This document shows, piece after piece, positions 33,904 to 43,924 of a stretch of 64,000 nt of DNA. The notes below the pieces were generated by a model. The model searched no databases and was not told the DNA's origin. It was given only the letters and a program-made list of their open reading frames with translations. Within the stretch, counting starts at the first letter, position 1; each line of letters opens with the position of its first letter. This DNA comes from a virus (Duplodnaviria > Caudoviricetes). The DNA lies in the IMG/VR virus record IMGVR_UViG_2816332575_000003, positions 5,247-69,246 of that record; one strand, written 5' to 3'. A program made the position numbers and the translations under genes.

Positions 33904-34734
33904 ATGGGCCTGATCTCCAGCCTGGTCGACAACTTCAATGACAACGTGATCGGCCCCGAGTGGGGCAACTACTACGGAGGCGTCAGCGAGATCGGGGGCC
34001 GCGCCCGTGTGCCGTGCACGACCGGATTCGCGGGCTACCAGAGCGCCTACCAGTGGACGCTCGCGGGCAGCTCGGTGTACGTGCAGGTCCCGACCCGGCC
34101 CGCAGCCAGCGGCGCCACGGAGGCGTACTGCGCTTTCATGGTCAACTCCGGTACGGACGGTACCCGTATCGGCTTCACGATCAACATGGTCACGACCATG
34201 CTCCGCATGCAGAACGACGTCGGCTACTTCGACGCGACCGCCGTGGAGATCGCCTACAGCGGCACCACCCACCTGTGGCTCCGCATCCGCGAGACCGGCG
34301 GCAACGTGCTGTGGGACACGTCGCCCGACGGCAGCACCTGGACGAACCGCAGGACCCTCGCGACCCCGAGCTGGGTGACCACCGGGATCGACACCTGCGC
34401 CCTCGACTTGAGCGCCCACCGCTCCAGCGGCACCACCGACTACGCCGAGTACGACCGCGTCAACACGCTCAGCACCGCCGGAATCGTCGAAGGCGCCGCG
34501 GCCTTGACCGCGCAGAGCGGCATGACTGCGGCCAGCACGCGCACCGCCGTCAGCGGCTTCGCTGCCACCGCACAGAGCGACCTGGCCGTCGGCACCCGCC
34601 TCACCGCCACCGCAGCCGCCGCCCTCACAGGCAGCAGCAGCCTCACCGCCGCGCCCGACGGAGCCGACACCAACGACGTGGACATCACCGTCGGCCAACC
34701 CGAGTCCCGGTGGGTGGTGAGCGAGCCATGGTGA
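33904..34734 (+). CDS. Virion structural (fibre/receptor-binding-like) protein
   Basis: Beta-rich lectin-like domain (WLRIRE, WDTSPDG) and Ala/Thr-rich stalk. Confidence 0.55.
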   Translation: MGLISSLVDNFNDNVIGPEWGNYYGGVSEIGGRARVPCTTGFAGYQSAYQWTLAGSSVYVQVPTRPAASGATEAYCAFMVNSGTDGTRIGFTINMVTTMLRMQNDVGYFDATAVEIAYSGTTHLWLRIRETGGNVLWDTSPDGSTWTNRRTLATPSWVTTGIDTCALDLSAHRSSGTTDYAEYDRVNTLSTAGIVEGAAALTAQSGMTAASTRTAVSGFAATAQSDLAVGTRLTATAAAALTGSSSLTAAPDGADTNDVDITVGQPESRWVVSEPW

Positions 34735-35024
34735 CCCGCGCAGAGACGTCCACCGAGTACGTGCACGTCGGAGTCACCATGAAAATCGCGGGGGCCCCGA
34801 TCACCGCTTCCGCCCCGCCGAAAATGGCGTTCCTCGCGGGAGGCGGCAACCCTGCGACCAGCGACTGGTACACCGGCGAATGGGCCGGCTCCACCGCCAG
34901 GCTCCTCGTCGGGCCTGTCGGCGGGGCCCTCACCCTCACGCCCGGCACGTACTGGGTGTGGCTCACCTGGACCGCCGGAGCGGAGACGCCGGTATGGCGC
35001 TCAGGACAGATCAAGGTCATCTGA
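34728..35024 (+). CDS. Virion structural protein (BppU-like)
   Basis: ARLLVGP...PGTYWVWL...ETPV. Confidence 0.5.
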   Translation: MVTRAETSTEYVHVGVTMKIAGAPITASAPPKMAFLAGGGNPATSDWYTGEWAGSTARLLVGPVGGALTLTPGTYWVWLTWTAGAETPVWRSGQIKVI

Positions 35025-35091
35025 CCCGTTCCCCTCGTGCGGCTCGTGCGCCACTATGGCGCTCACCAACCGCGCACCGATGGGGGACGCC

Positions 35092-35478
35092 ATGTTCGGC
35101 TCGAAGAAGACCGATGAAGAGAAGGCCGCCAAGGCCCGCGCCAACAAGATCCGGACAGCGGCTGCGGCAGCAGGCGTCACCGTCATGGGCGGCAAAGTCC
35201 ACTCGCCCAACCAGGAGCCGGTGCCCCTTGACGGTGCGCGCGTCACCATCGAACGCGGCGAAGAAGCCGGCAAGCGCGTGACCGCGACCCGAGTCCTGCT
35301 CACCGGCCTGTTCGCCCTGGCCCTCAAAAAGGACATGAACCAGCTGTTCATCACCATCGAAGGCGCCGACGGAGGTGTCCTCCTCCAGCCCGTGCCCGCG
35401 CGCAAGGAAGCCCCGGCGCGCGTCTTCGCCACCCTCGTCAACGGTGAGGCCACTGGCGTGAGCAAGCCCAACGACTGA
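35092..35478 (+). CDS. Hypothetical moron-type protein
   Basis: KRVTATRVLLTGLFALALKK motif. Confidence 0.6.
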   Translation: MFGSKKTDEEKAAKARANKIRTAAAAAGVTVMGGKVHSPNQEPVPLDGARVTIERGEEAGKRVTATRVLLTGLFALALKKDMNQLFITIEGADGGVLLQPVPARKEAPARVFATLVNGEATGVSKPND

Positions 35479-35496
35479 CCAGCCCAGGAGGGCCCG

Positions 35497-35838
35497 ATGC
35501 CCCGCGTCTCCATCCCCGTCACGCAGATCACCAGGGCTGGCGTCGCCCCCGCGACCGAAGTCAACGGCGACGCGACCAACAACCACAGCGTGAACAACGA
35601 CGGCTCGGTATGGCTCGAAGTCCGCAACAGCGGGTCCACCGTGTCCCGCACCGTCTCCGCCCTCTTCGCCAGCACGGTGGACGGAGTGGCCGTGCCCGCC
35701 AAGACATGGTCCATCCCCACCTCGGCATCCCGCAGGATCGGCCCCTTCCCCACACGCCTGTACGGCACCACCCTGCAGATCGACGTGGACAACGCCGAAC
35801 TGAAGCTCTCCGCCTACAAGGTGGCTGTCCAGGGATAG
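35497..35838 (+). CDS. Small beta-rich virion (decoration-like) protein
   Basis: AGGAGG RBS; NDGSVWLEVRN...RIGPFP..YG. Confidence 0.55.
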   Translation: MPRVSIPVTQITRAGVAPATEVNGDATNNHSVNNDGSVWLEVRNSGSTVSRTVSALFASTVDGVAVPAKTWSIPTSASRRIGPFPTRLYGTTLQIDVDNAELKLSAYKVAVQG

Positions 35839-35843
35839 GACCG

Positions 35844-36095
35844 GTGCGTATCCGCATCAGCGACGGTACCCACGAGGTCGAGATCGAAGAGGCGGGCAAG
35901 GCCGCCCCACCCCTGGCCGACCTTGAAGCCGCGGCCGGGCGCCTGCTCGTCCAGCTGCGGCAGTCCGACGCCGGGGAACCAGTGCCGCGCGCACCCTTCG
36001 GCTTCGACAACACCCTCGACGGCGCCAGCCTCGACAGCAGCACCGAGCGCGCCGAACCCTACGACGACGGCCGCGACTACGAGGACGACGAATGA
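35844..36095 (+). CDS. Hypothetical protein
   Basis: Coupled to the HNH gene. Confidence 0.5.
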   Translation: MRIRISDGTHEVEIEEAGKAAPPLADLEAAAGRLLVQLRQSDAGEPVPRAPFGFDNTLDGASLDSSTERAEPYDDGRDYEDDE

Positions 36096-36382
36096 GCGGC
36101 GGATGGACAGGCAGCAACCGGCGCAACGAACTGCCGGCCGACTGGTACACGCGGATCCGCCCGGCGATCCTCGAACGCGACGGCCATCGATGCCAGTCCT
36201 GCGGCCGGCCCGCGACCGACGTGGATCACATCGGCGATAAGCACGACCACCGACCATGCAACCTGCAGGCTCTATGCGGATGGTGTCATCGGCACAAGAC
36301 CTCTCAGCAGGGCAACAGGTCACCGAACCGCAGGCGGGACACCGAGGCCCGGACCGGGGAGCGGCATCCCGGCCTCACGTGA
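36092..36382 (+). CDS. Terminase-associated HNH endonuclease
   Basis: RDGHRCQSC..ATDVDHI...NLQALCGWCHRHKT. Confidence 0.88.
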   Translation: MSGGWTGSNRRNELPADWYTRIRPAILERDGHRCQSCGRPATDVDHIGDKHDHRPCNLQALCGWCHRHKTSQQGNRSPNRRRDTEARTGERHPGLT

Positions 36383-36465
36383 GCACTGCGGCAGCGTGCG
36401 CATCGCCCGCCCGCAGTGATCTTGGGCCCCTGGCCCACCCTCCCCTCCCCGGGGGCCCTGGAGCC

Positions 36466-36502
36466 CGGGGAGGTGCTGCGGCTGAGGCCGGGTACGGGTC
36501 TG
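36466..36502. other. Candidate cos site
   Basis: Between HNH and terS; CGGGGAGGTGC|TGCGGC...GTACGGGTCTG resembles actinophage 3'-overhang ends. Confidence 0.45.
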
Positions 36503-36689
36503 GGGATCTTGGCTCCAGGAGCCGCTGAGCGGGCTTCTGACGGCCGACCAGGGCAGGTCCGGGATGTTTCGAGGTGGGTTCAGGCAGACGGCCATACAGC
36601 CCCTTGACCCTGAACGGCGCCTCGCTGGAACTCGGTAAAGCGCTGGTCAGGGTGTGGATTGCCGTTACACACCAAGGTAGACTGGAGTC

Positions 36690-37271
36690 ATGAAGACGAA
36701 GCGATGCGAGCGGTGCGGCGACCACCTGGCGGCACGCCACGCCCACAACGCCCGCTTCTGTTCGACCCGCTGCCGAGTCGCCGCGCATCGCGCACGCCGC
36801 GCACTGCCGACTGAGCTGACCTCCCGGCCGCGGTGGGTTCGCCGCACCGCGGCGAAGGTGCCCGTCACCACCTGCGGAGGTGCGGCGAGCAGCACGGACC
36901 CGGCGACGTGGACCTCGCACCGCCGGGCCGCCGCCAGCAAGGCCGGTGCCGGACTGGGCTTCGTCCTCGACGGCGACGGCATCGTCTGCGTGGATCTGGA
37001 CCACTGCCTCGCCGGGGAAGGGGAACTGGCCGCATGGGCACGCCGGATCGTGGACCTGGCGCCCGGCTGCTGGATCGAGCGGTCGGCGTCGGGAGACGGC
37101 CTGCACATCTGGGGCCGCGGCCGGCTGGAGCGCGGACGGCGCTTGTCCGTCGACGGCGGCTCGGTCGAGCTGTACGCCGACGGCAGGTACATCGCGGTCA
37201 CCGGCGACACGTGGGGCGACACGCCCCGTCGCCTCGGTGACCTCTCTGGATTGATCGACGCGCTGCTGTAG
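36690..37271 (+). CDS. Zn-finger plus primase-polymerase-like domain protein
   Basis: CERC..FCSTRCR; STDPATW, GLGFVL, DLDHC, ERSASGDGLHIW, RYIAVTG. Confidence 0.75.
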   Translation: MKTKRCERCGDHLAARHAHNARFCSTRCRVAAHRARRALPTELTSRPRWVRRTAAKVPVTTCGGAASSTDPATWTSHRRAAASKAGAGLGFVLDGDGIVCVDLDHCLAGEGELAAWARRIVDLAPGCWIERSASGDGLHIWGRGRLERGRRLSVDGGSVELYADGRYIAVTGDTWGDTPRRLGDLSGLIDALL

Positions 37272-37320
37272 CTGCCCGACACGGGTGTGTTGCGGCGTAC
37301 CCGACACGGGAGGTACGGAC

Positions 37321-37815
37321 ATGGCCGGTATGGGGCCGCCCCCGAAGGATCCGAGCAGGCGGGCTCGGCGCAACAAGGACCTGCAGGCGCAGACCATCCT
37401 GCGGTTCGAGAAGGCGGAAGCGCCCGAACTGCCGGACTTTCGCATCAAGAACGATGAGGGCCGGTCGGTGAAGTTCCGCTGGCCGGAGCGCACCCGGGCA
37501 TGGTGGGCGACGTGGGTGGCCTCGCCGCAGGCGGAGCATTTCTCCTCGACGGACTGGGAGTTCCTCCTCGATACGGCGCTGATTCACGCGAAGGTGTGGA
37601 GCGGTGACCTATCGGCTGCCCCGGAGTTGCGGCTACGAGTGGCCAAGCATGGAGCCACGATGGAGGACCGGGCCCGGCTGCGCATGCAGTTCGCCGCGGC
37701 GGATGAGGCGGACGCGAAGCGCCCGGAGCCGGGCAGCAGCGCGAAGGCCCGGTACGGAACTCTGCATGCTCTGCCCACGAACCGCGGCAAGAAGGCGGCC
37801 GGCGGGGAGCCCTGA
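37321..37815 (+). CDS. Terminase small subunit
   Basis: MAGMGPPPK...ELRLRVAKHGATMEDRARLR; upstream of TerL. Confidence 0.85.
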   Translation: MAGMGPPPKDPSRRARRNKDLQAQTILRFEKAEAPELPDFRIKNDEGRSVKFRWPERTRAWWATWVASPQAEHFSSTDWEFLLDTALIHAKVWSGDLSAAPELRLRVAKHGATMEDRARLRMQFAAADEADAKRPEPGSSAKARYGTLHALPTNRGKKAAGGEP

Positions 37816-39476
37816 TGCCCTGGCGGGGGCCTGAGTTCGAGGGCGAACTGCCGACGCTGGGCTATGCCGTTCTGGACTGGATCCTGGAGATGCTCGCGGC
37901 TCCAGATCGCCCCGAGTACGAGCCGTTCGTTCCGACCCGCGAGCAGGCGGAGTTCATCCTCCGCTTCTATGAGCTGCACCCTGGCACGGGCAAGCGGCGC
38001 ATCCGGCGTGGGGTCCTGAGTCGCCCACGTGGGTGGGGAAAGTCGCCGCTGCTGGCGGCGATTGCTTGCGCCGAGGCGCTCGGCCCGGTGGTCCCGGACG
38101 GCTGGGACGCGAGCGGCGAGCCGGTCGGCACGGGCTGGGACCGGATTCGCACCCCGCTGGTGCAGGTGGCGGCTGTATCCGAAGACCAGACGCAGAACAC
38201 GTGGGCGCCACTGCTGGAGATGCTCCGGCTCGGCCCGGTGATCGATGAGTATCCGGGGCTGGAGCCGCTGGACACGTTCGTCAATCTGCCCCGGGGGAAG
38301 ATCGACCAGGTCACTTCGTCGGCCACCTCACGCAAGGGCAACAAGGCGCTGTTCGCGGTACTTGATCAGACCGAGGAGTGGACGCCGAGCAACGGCGGCA
38401 AGCGACTCGCGCAGGTGATGCGGTCGAACGCGGCGAAGATCGGAGGGACGACGCTGGAGTCCCCGAACGCCTACATCCCCGGTATGGGGTCGGTGGCCGA
38501 GGAGACGGCGGCGTTCGCCAAGGCGATAGCCGAGGGCCGCACTCGTGAGGACGGGCTGTTGTGGGACCACCGGGAGGCGCCGCCGGAGACCGATCCGACG
38601 GACCGTGAATCGCTGGTGGCCGGCTTGCGCTACGCCTACGGGGACAGCTCGGATCACGAGGGCGGGTGCGTGCTGCATTCGCCGCCGTGCCCGCCGGGCT
38701 GGTCGCCGATCGAGCGGCTGGTCGGGGATTTCTGGGACACGTCGAACGATCCGCAGGTGATGCGCTCGGACTTCCTGAACCAGATCACTCATGCCAGTGA
38801 CAGCTGGCTGTCGCAGCCGGAGTGGGCCGGGTGCTCGGACGCGGCCCGGGTGGTCGCCGACGGGGACACCGTCGTGCTCGGCTTCGACGGCTCCCGGGCG
38901 CGGGCCCGCGGCGTGACCGACGCGACCGCGCTGGTCGGCTGCCGTGTCTCGGACGGGCACCTGTTCCTCCTGGGCTGCTGGGAGCAGCCGGAGGGCCCGG
39001 CCGGGCAGGACTGGCGTGTGCCGGTCCTAGAGGTGCTGGCCTCCGTGGAGGAGGCGTTCTCCCGCTTCCGGGTGGTCGGCATGTACGCGGACCCCGCCAA
39101 GTGGGAGGGCCACGTCGCGGACTGGGAGGCCCGGTGGGGCGCCGGGCTGAAGGTGAAGTCAACCCGGGACCATCCCGTCGAGTGGTGGATGACCGGCGGC
39201 CGCTCCAATTTGATCGTCCGCGCCTTGGAGAAGTTTCACTCCGCGGTTCTGGACAAGGAGTTGACGCACGACGGGTCGAGCACGCTGGCCCGGCATGTGC
39301 TGAACGCTCGTCGCCGTAAGGGCCGTTCCGGCATTCAGATCATGAAGGAGCATCCGGACTCCGCACGGAAGATCGACGCCGCGATCGCGTCGGTGCTGGC
39401 GTGGCAGGCCCGGCTGGACGCGGTAGCCAAGGGGTTGGCCGAGGAAGAGCAGCCGATGGGCGGCTTCACGTTCTAA
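37815..39476 (+). CDS. Terminase large subunit
   Basis: RPRGWGKS, LGFDGS, DATAL, KIDAA. Confidence 0.93.
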   Translation: MPWRGPEFEGELPTLGYAVLDWILEMLAAPDRPEYEPFVPTREQAEFILRFYELHPGTGKRRIRRGVLSRPRGWGKSPLLAAIACAEALGPVVPDGWDASGEPVGTGWDRIRTPLVQVAAVSEDQTQNTWAPLLEMLRLGPVIDEYPGLEPLDTFVNLPRGKIDQVTSSATSRKGNKALFAVLDQTEEWTPSNGGKRLAQVMRSNAAKIGGTTLESPNAYIPGMGSVAEETAAFAKAIAEGRTREDGLLWDHREAPPETDPTDRESLVAGLRYAYGDSSDHEGGCVLHSPPCPPGWSPIERLVGDFWDTSNDPQVMRSDFLNQITHASDSWLSQPEWAGCSDAARVVADGDTVVLGFDGSRARARGVTDATALVGCRVSDGHLFLLGCWEQPEGPAGQDWRVPVLEVLASVEEAFSRFRVVGMYADPAKWEGHVADWEARWGAGLKVKSTRDHPVEWWMTGGRSNLIVRALEKFHSAVLDKELTHDGSSTLARHVLNARRRKGRSGIQIMKEHPDSARKIDAAIASVLAWQARLDAVAKGLAEEEQPMGGFTF

Positions 39477-39496
39477 AGCGAAGGCGGGGTGACGCC

Positions 39497-40879
39497 GTGC
39501 TGGACGACACCCCGGGAACACCGGACTGGTGGCTGCTCAGGCTGGGCCGCAGGCTGCGGGACCGGCGCAAGGAGCTGGACCGCTGGTGGAACTACTACCG
39601 GGGGCGGCATCCGCTGCCGTCGCTGCCGAAGAACGCCGCTGCGGCGTTCCTGGAGTTCCAGCGCAAGTCCCGGACGAACTTCTGCCGGCCGGTGGCGGAC
39701 GCACCGGTACACCGTCTGCAGGTGCTCGGGGTGACCGACGGGCAGGGCGAGCCGGACGATGATGCGCTGCGCTGGTGGCAGGCGAACAAGCTGGACTCGC
39801 GGCAGAAGCTGCTGTACCGGACGGTGATGGCGCAGGCGCAGGCATACGTCATCGTGGGGCCGCATCCGCGGCGCACGGAAGGGGACGGCAGGCCGGCGCC
39901 ACTGATCACCGCGGAGCATCCGCGGCAGGTCATCGTCGAGCACGACCCCGCCACGGGCGAGCGGGCCGCCGCGCTGAAGGCGTGGTGGGACGACGTGGAC
40001 CGGATCGGCCGGGCGACCGTGTTCCTGCCCGGCGGACTGCAGCGCTACGTGACCGCGCGCCGCGGCGGCATGGTGCTGCCGTGGGGTGCGGAGTCGTGGG
40101 AGCTGGACGGCGAGTTCGAGGAGCACGATCTGGGGGCGGTGCCGGTCGTGCCGTTTGAGTGCCGACCGGGCCTGATGGAGGACCCGGAGCCGGAGTTCGC
40201 CGGTGTGCTCGACATCCAGGACCGCATCAACCTGGGCGTGCTGAACCGGATGACAGCGGCCCGCTACTCGGCGTTCCGGCAGGGTTTCGTGACCGGTCAC
40301 AAGTTCCGTAAGCGGGTGGACCCGGCGACGGGGCTGGAGACGGTGGAGATGCCGTTCGTGCCGTCGCCGTCGGCGCTGTGGGCCTCCGAGGGCGAGAACG
40401 TAAAGTTCGGGCAACTGGATGCCACCGACCTGTCCGGCTTCCTGAAGGAGCACGAGTCGGACGTGCGGGACATGTTGGTGCTCTCCCACACCCCTGCCTA
40501 CTACTTCGCCTCCGACCTGGTGAACATCAGCGCCGACACGGTCAACGCCCTGGACGTCAACCATCTGGCCAAGGTCGGCGAGCATCAGGCCGCGCTCGGG
40601 GAGGCGTGGGAGGACGTCTTCGCGCTCGCGGCCGCGCAGGCTGGCATCGACCGGGACTACGCGCAGGCGGAGGTCCGGTGGGCTGATCCGCGCCGCCTGA
40701 ACCCGTCGGTGATCGCGGATGCGGCGACGAAGAAGCACAGCGTCGGCTACCCGCTGTCGATCCTGGCCGAGGACATGGGCGAGTCGCCGCAGCGGGTGCG
40801 TCGCATCGCCTCGGAGGCCGCCGGCGCGGCGCTGCTGTCCGCTCCTGCCGGATCGGCGGCTGAGACGGGTGCCTCATGA
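39497..40879 (+). CDS. Portal protein (SPP1 gp6-like)
   Basis: YYRGRH, TNFC, IQDRIN; position after TerL. Confidence 0.9.
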   Translation: MLDDTPGTPDWWLLRLGRRLRDRRKELDRWWNYYRGRHPLPSLPKNAAAAFLEFQRKSRTNFCRPVADAPVHRLQVLGVTDGQGEPDDDALRWWQANKLDSRQKLLYRTVMAQAQAYVIVGPHPRRTEGDGRPAPLITAEHPRQVIVEHDPATGERAAALKAWWDDVDRIGRATVFLPGGLQRYVTARRGGMVLPWGAESWELDGEFEEHDLGAVPVVPFECRPGLMEDPEPEFAGVLDIQDRINLGVLNRMTAARYSAFRQGFVTGHKFRKRVDPATGLETVEMPFVPSPSALWASEGENVKFGQLDATDLSGFLKEHESDVRDMLVLSHTPAYYFASDLVNISADTVNALDVNHLAKVGEHQAALGEAWEDVFALAAAQAGIDRDYAQAEVRWADPRRLNPSVIADAATKKHSVGYPLSILAEDMGESPQRVRRIASEAAGAALLSAPAGSAAETGAS

Positions 40880-41682
40880 GCGAGGTGACCCAGGCGGCCC
40901 TCGACGCCCGGTACACGAGCGTGACCGTCGCTCTTCGCCAGCGACTGCTGGCGCTGGCCGGGCAGCTGTTCGGCGCCACAGGAACCTACCGGGACGCGGA
41001 CGCGGACGCGTTCGTCGAACGGGTCCTGCCCGTGGTGCTGGGGGCGCAGCGTCAGGTGGGCGCCCTGACGGACGCCTACTTGACGCAGATGGTGGCGGAC
41101 ATGTTCGGCGGCGCGGCGCTGGCCCGGGGCGTGGAGCTTCCGGCGGCGCTGCGGGGCACGCCGCCCGAGGAGGTCTACCGGCGTCCGTTCGTGACGGTGT
41201 GGACGGCGCTGTCGCAAGGCAAGCCGCTGGCGGAGGCGGTCCGGCAGGGCCGGGACCGGCTGGCGTCGATCGCGGCCACCGATCTGCAGCTGGCGCGCCG
41301 GGAGGCGACCCGCCAGTCGCTTGCCGGGGACAGCCGGGTGCAGTTCTACCGGCGCTTCCTGCGCGGGTCGGGCAACTGCGCCCTGTGCGTGATCGCCTCG
41401 ACGCAGCGGTACCGCAAGGAACGGCTGATGCCCATCCACCCAGGCTGCGACTGCGGCACCCGCCCCCTGGCGGCGGGCCAGGATCCGGGCCAGATCATCG
41501 ACGCGGGGCTGCTGGAGGACGCGCACACCGCGGTCGCCAAGGCCACCGGACAGTCGGACCGCGGCGGCCGGCTGCCCGACTACCGGGACATCATCATCGA
41601 CCGCCACCACGGCGAACTGGGCGAGCTGCTGGCCCTGCGCCGCCACGACTTCACCGGCCCCAAGGACATCCCCGGCCAGTGA
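40876..41682 (+). CDS. Minor capsid / MuF-like head morphogenesis protein
   Basis: CALC...HPGCDC. Confidence 0.75.
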   Translation: MSEVTQAALDARYTSVTVALRQRLLALAGQLFGATGTYRDADADAFVERVLPVVLGAQRQVGALTDAYLTQMVADMFGGAALARGVELPAALRGTPPEEVYRRPFVTVWTALSQGKPLAEAVRQGRDRLASIAATDLQLARREATRQSLAGDSRVQFYRRFLRGSGNCALCVIASTQRYRKERLMPIHPGCDCGTRPLAAGQDPGQIIDAGLLEDAHTAVAKATGQSDRGGRLPDYRDIIIDRHHGELGELLALRRHDFTGPKDIPGQ

Positions 41683-41742
41683 CCTGCGCGGCCGACACGG
41701 CCGTGCCCCCTTACACACCAGCCCGACACGGGAGCACTACGT

Positions 41743-42453
41743 ATGCGCGCACGCACCTTCGCACGCCGCCGGCACACCCACGCTGCCGCCGCATGGTCCC
41801 ACCCCTACCCGTCCACGCCGTGGTCGCCGGTCCTGTACGCGGACGGCGGCGAGAGCGGCACCGAGGACGGCCAGTCCGATGACAACGGGGACGGCAAGCC
41901 CGACACGGGCGGGGCGTCCACCGAGGCCGGCAAGCCCGGCGACGGCGACAGCACGGACTGGAAGGCCGAGGCGGAGAAGTACCGGGCCCTGCAGAAGAAG
42001 TGGGAAGCCCGCGCGAAGGAGAACGCCACCGCGGCCAAGGAGCGCGACGAACTGCGCAAGCAGTCCATGTCCGACCAGGAACGCGCCGTCGAGGAGGCGT
42101 CCGCGAAGGCGCGCACCGAAGAGCGCGTCCGCCTGGCCGGCAAGCTCGCCCGCCAGGGCTTCCTGGCCGCCGCCGCAGGCCGCATCCCCCACGCCGCCTC
42201 CGTCGCCGACGACCTCAACCTCGCCAAGTACGTCGGGGAGGACGGCGAGGTCGACGAGAGCGGCCTGGCCGGACTGGTCGACCGGCTCGCGCCGCCGGCG
42301 CCGCAGAAGAAGGCGGACGCGGACACCAAGCAGGAGCAGCGCGCAGAGCGCGGCTTCGACCAGGGGCCGCGCGGCAGCGGCGGGCGGGAGAAGGCCACAT
42401 CGGTCGCCTCCGGGCGCGATCTATGGGCGCAGCGCAAGAAGACCACCATCTGA
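41743..42453 (+). CDS. Capsid scaffolding protein
   Basis: Acidic low-complexity segment, DWKAEAEK...WEARAKEN coiled coil. Confidence 0.8.
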   Translation: MRARTFARRRHTHAAAAWSHPYPSTPWSPVLYADGGESGTEDGQSDDNGDGKPDTGGASTEAGKPGDGDSTDWKAEAEKYRALQKKWEARAKENATAAKERDELRKQSMSDQERAVEEASAKARTEERVRLAGKLARQGFLAAAAGRIPHAASVADDLNLAKYVGEDGEVDESGLAGLVDRLAPPAPQKKADADTKQEQRAERGFDQGPRGSGGREKATSVASGRDLWAQRKKTTI

Positions 42454-42469
42454 CTCCCGAGGACGGGAC

Positions 42470-42859
42470 ATGAACCTGAACCCGAAGAGCGAGGTGTTCG
42501 GGCAGGACGACCAGTCGTGGCTGGCGTCCGCGCACGGAACCGACACCGCACGCTCGATCACCCTGGACACGTCCGCGTTCACCGCGGGCACCCACTACCC
42601 CAACGGCTACTTCCCCTCCGGCCTGCCCCTGGGGAAGATCACCGCCACCGGTAAGTACGGCCCCTACAACAACGCCTCCACTGACGGCACCGAGGTGCTG
42701 GCCGGCTTCCTGTTCACCTCGATCGCAGCACCCACGGTCACCACCGTCGACCCGCAGGGCGCCCTGCTGTGGCACGGTGCCGTGATCGAAGCCAAGCTGC
42801 CCGCCGCCGTCGACGCCGCCGGCAAGACCGACGTCGCCGGCCGCATCACCTTCTTCTGA
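42470..42859 (+). CDS. Head decoration protein
   Basis: PSGLPLGKITATGKYGPY...GFLF. Confidence 0.8.
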   Translation: MNLNPKSEVFGQDDQSWLASAHGTDTARSITLDTSAFTAGTHYPNGYFPSGLPLGKITATGKYGPYNNASTDGTEVLAGFLFTSIAAPTVTTVDPQGALLWHGAVIEAKLPAAVDAAGKTDVAGRITFF

Positions 42860-42877
42860 AAGGGGTGACACACCACC

Positions 42878-43924
42878 ATGCTGATCAACAATGAGTATGT
42901 CGCCCCCGCGGAGCTGACCGGCTACGTGCGCGCGGCCCTGGCCGACATGCAGATGAACCGGTTCCGGCTGGCCGCCTGGCTGCCCAACCGCACCATCGAC
43001 GACCTGCAGTACCGCTTCGACCGCGGCGGCGCCGAGGGCCTGTCGGAGGCGGCGACCTTCCGCGCCTACGACGCCGAGTCGCCCATCGGCTCGCGTCCGG
43101 GCATCACCCGCGTGACCGGGGAGCTGCCGCCGGTCTCCCGCAAGATCCGGCTGGGTGAGTACGACCGGCTGCGCCAGCGACGCCTCAACACCCGCGTGCG
43201 CAGCCAGATCCTCACCGACGCCGAGCGCATGACCCGCTCGGTTGCCGCGCGCATCGAACTGGCCCGCGGCGAAGCCCTGTACAAGGGGAAGATCGACCTG
43301 GCGGAGAATGGCATCGCCGCCTCCGTCGACTTCGGCCGCGCCGCCTCGCACACCGTCACCGCGGCCACCGCCTGGACGGACACCGCCAACGCGACCCCGC
43401 TGACCGACCTGATCGCCTGGGCTGAGGTGTACCGCACCAGCAACGGCGTCGCCCCTGGCACGGTCCTGCTGTCCTCGGCCGCCCTCGGGCTGCTGATCCG
43501 CAACGCGGAGATCCGTGCCCTGGCCGCGACCGTGGTGGGAACCCCGAATGTGGTGCCGCAGGCCACGCTGCAGGGCATCTTCCAGGCTCACGGCCTGCCG
43601 CCGTTCGAGGTCTACGACGCGCAGGTGCGTGTCGCCGGCGCCAGCCAGTACGTCATCCCGCGGGACAAGGTGCTGCTGCTGCCGGCCGCGGGCGACCCGG
43701 CCGACCCGGAGTCCTCGGAAATGGGCGCCACCTTGTGGGGCACCACCGCCGAATCGCTGGAGCCGGAGTTCTCCCTGGAAGACGGGGAGGAGCCGGGCAT
43801 CGTCGCCGGTGCCTACTCCACCAAGGACCCGGTCGCGGTGTGGACGAAGGCGGCCGCGGTCTCGCTGCCGATCCTCGCCAACCCCGACATGTCCTTCTGC
43901 GCGGACATCGGGACCATCTCGTGA
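42878..43924 (+). CDS. Major capsid protein (gpE-like)
   Basis: FRAYDAE, ELPPVSRK, RIELARGEAL; size and position. Confidence 0.88.
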   Translation: MLINNEYVAPAELTGYVRAALADMQMNRFRLAAWLPNRTIDDLQYRFDRGGAEGLSEAATFRAYDAESPIGSRPGITRVTGELPPVSRKIRLGEYDRLRQRRLNTRVRSQILTDAERMTRSVAARIELARGEALYKGKIDLAENGIAASVDFGRAASHTVTAATAWTDTANATPLTDLIAWAEVYRTSNGVAPGTVLLSSAALGLLIRNAEIRALAATVVGTPNVVPQATLQGIFQAHGLPPFEVYDAQVRVAGASQYVIPRDKVLLLPAAGDPADPESSEMGATLWGTTAESLEPEFSLEDGEEPGIVAGAYSTKDPVAVWTKAAAVSLPILANPDMSFCADIGTIS

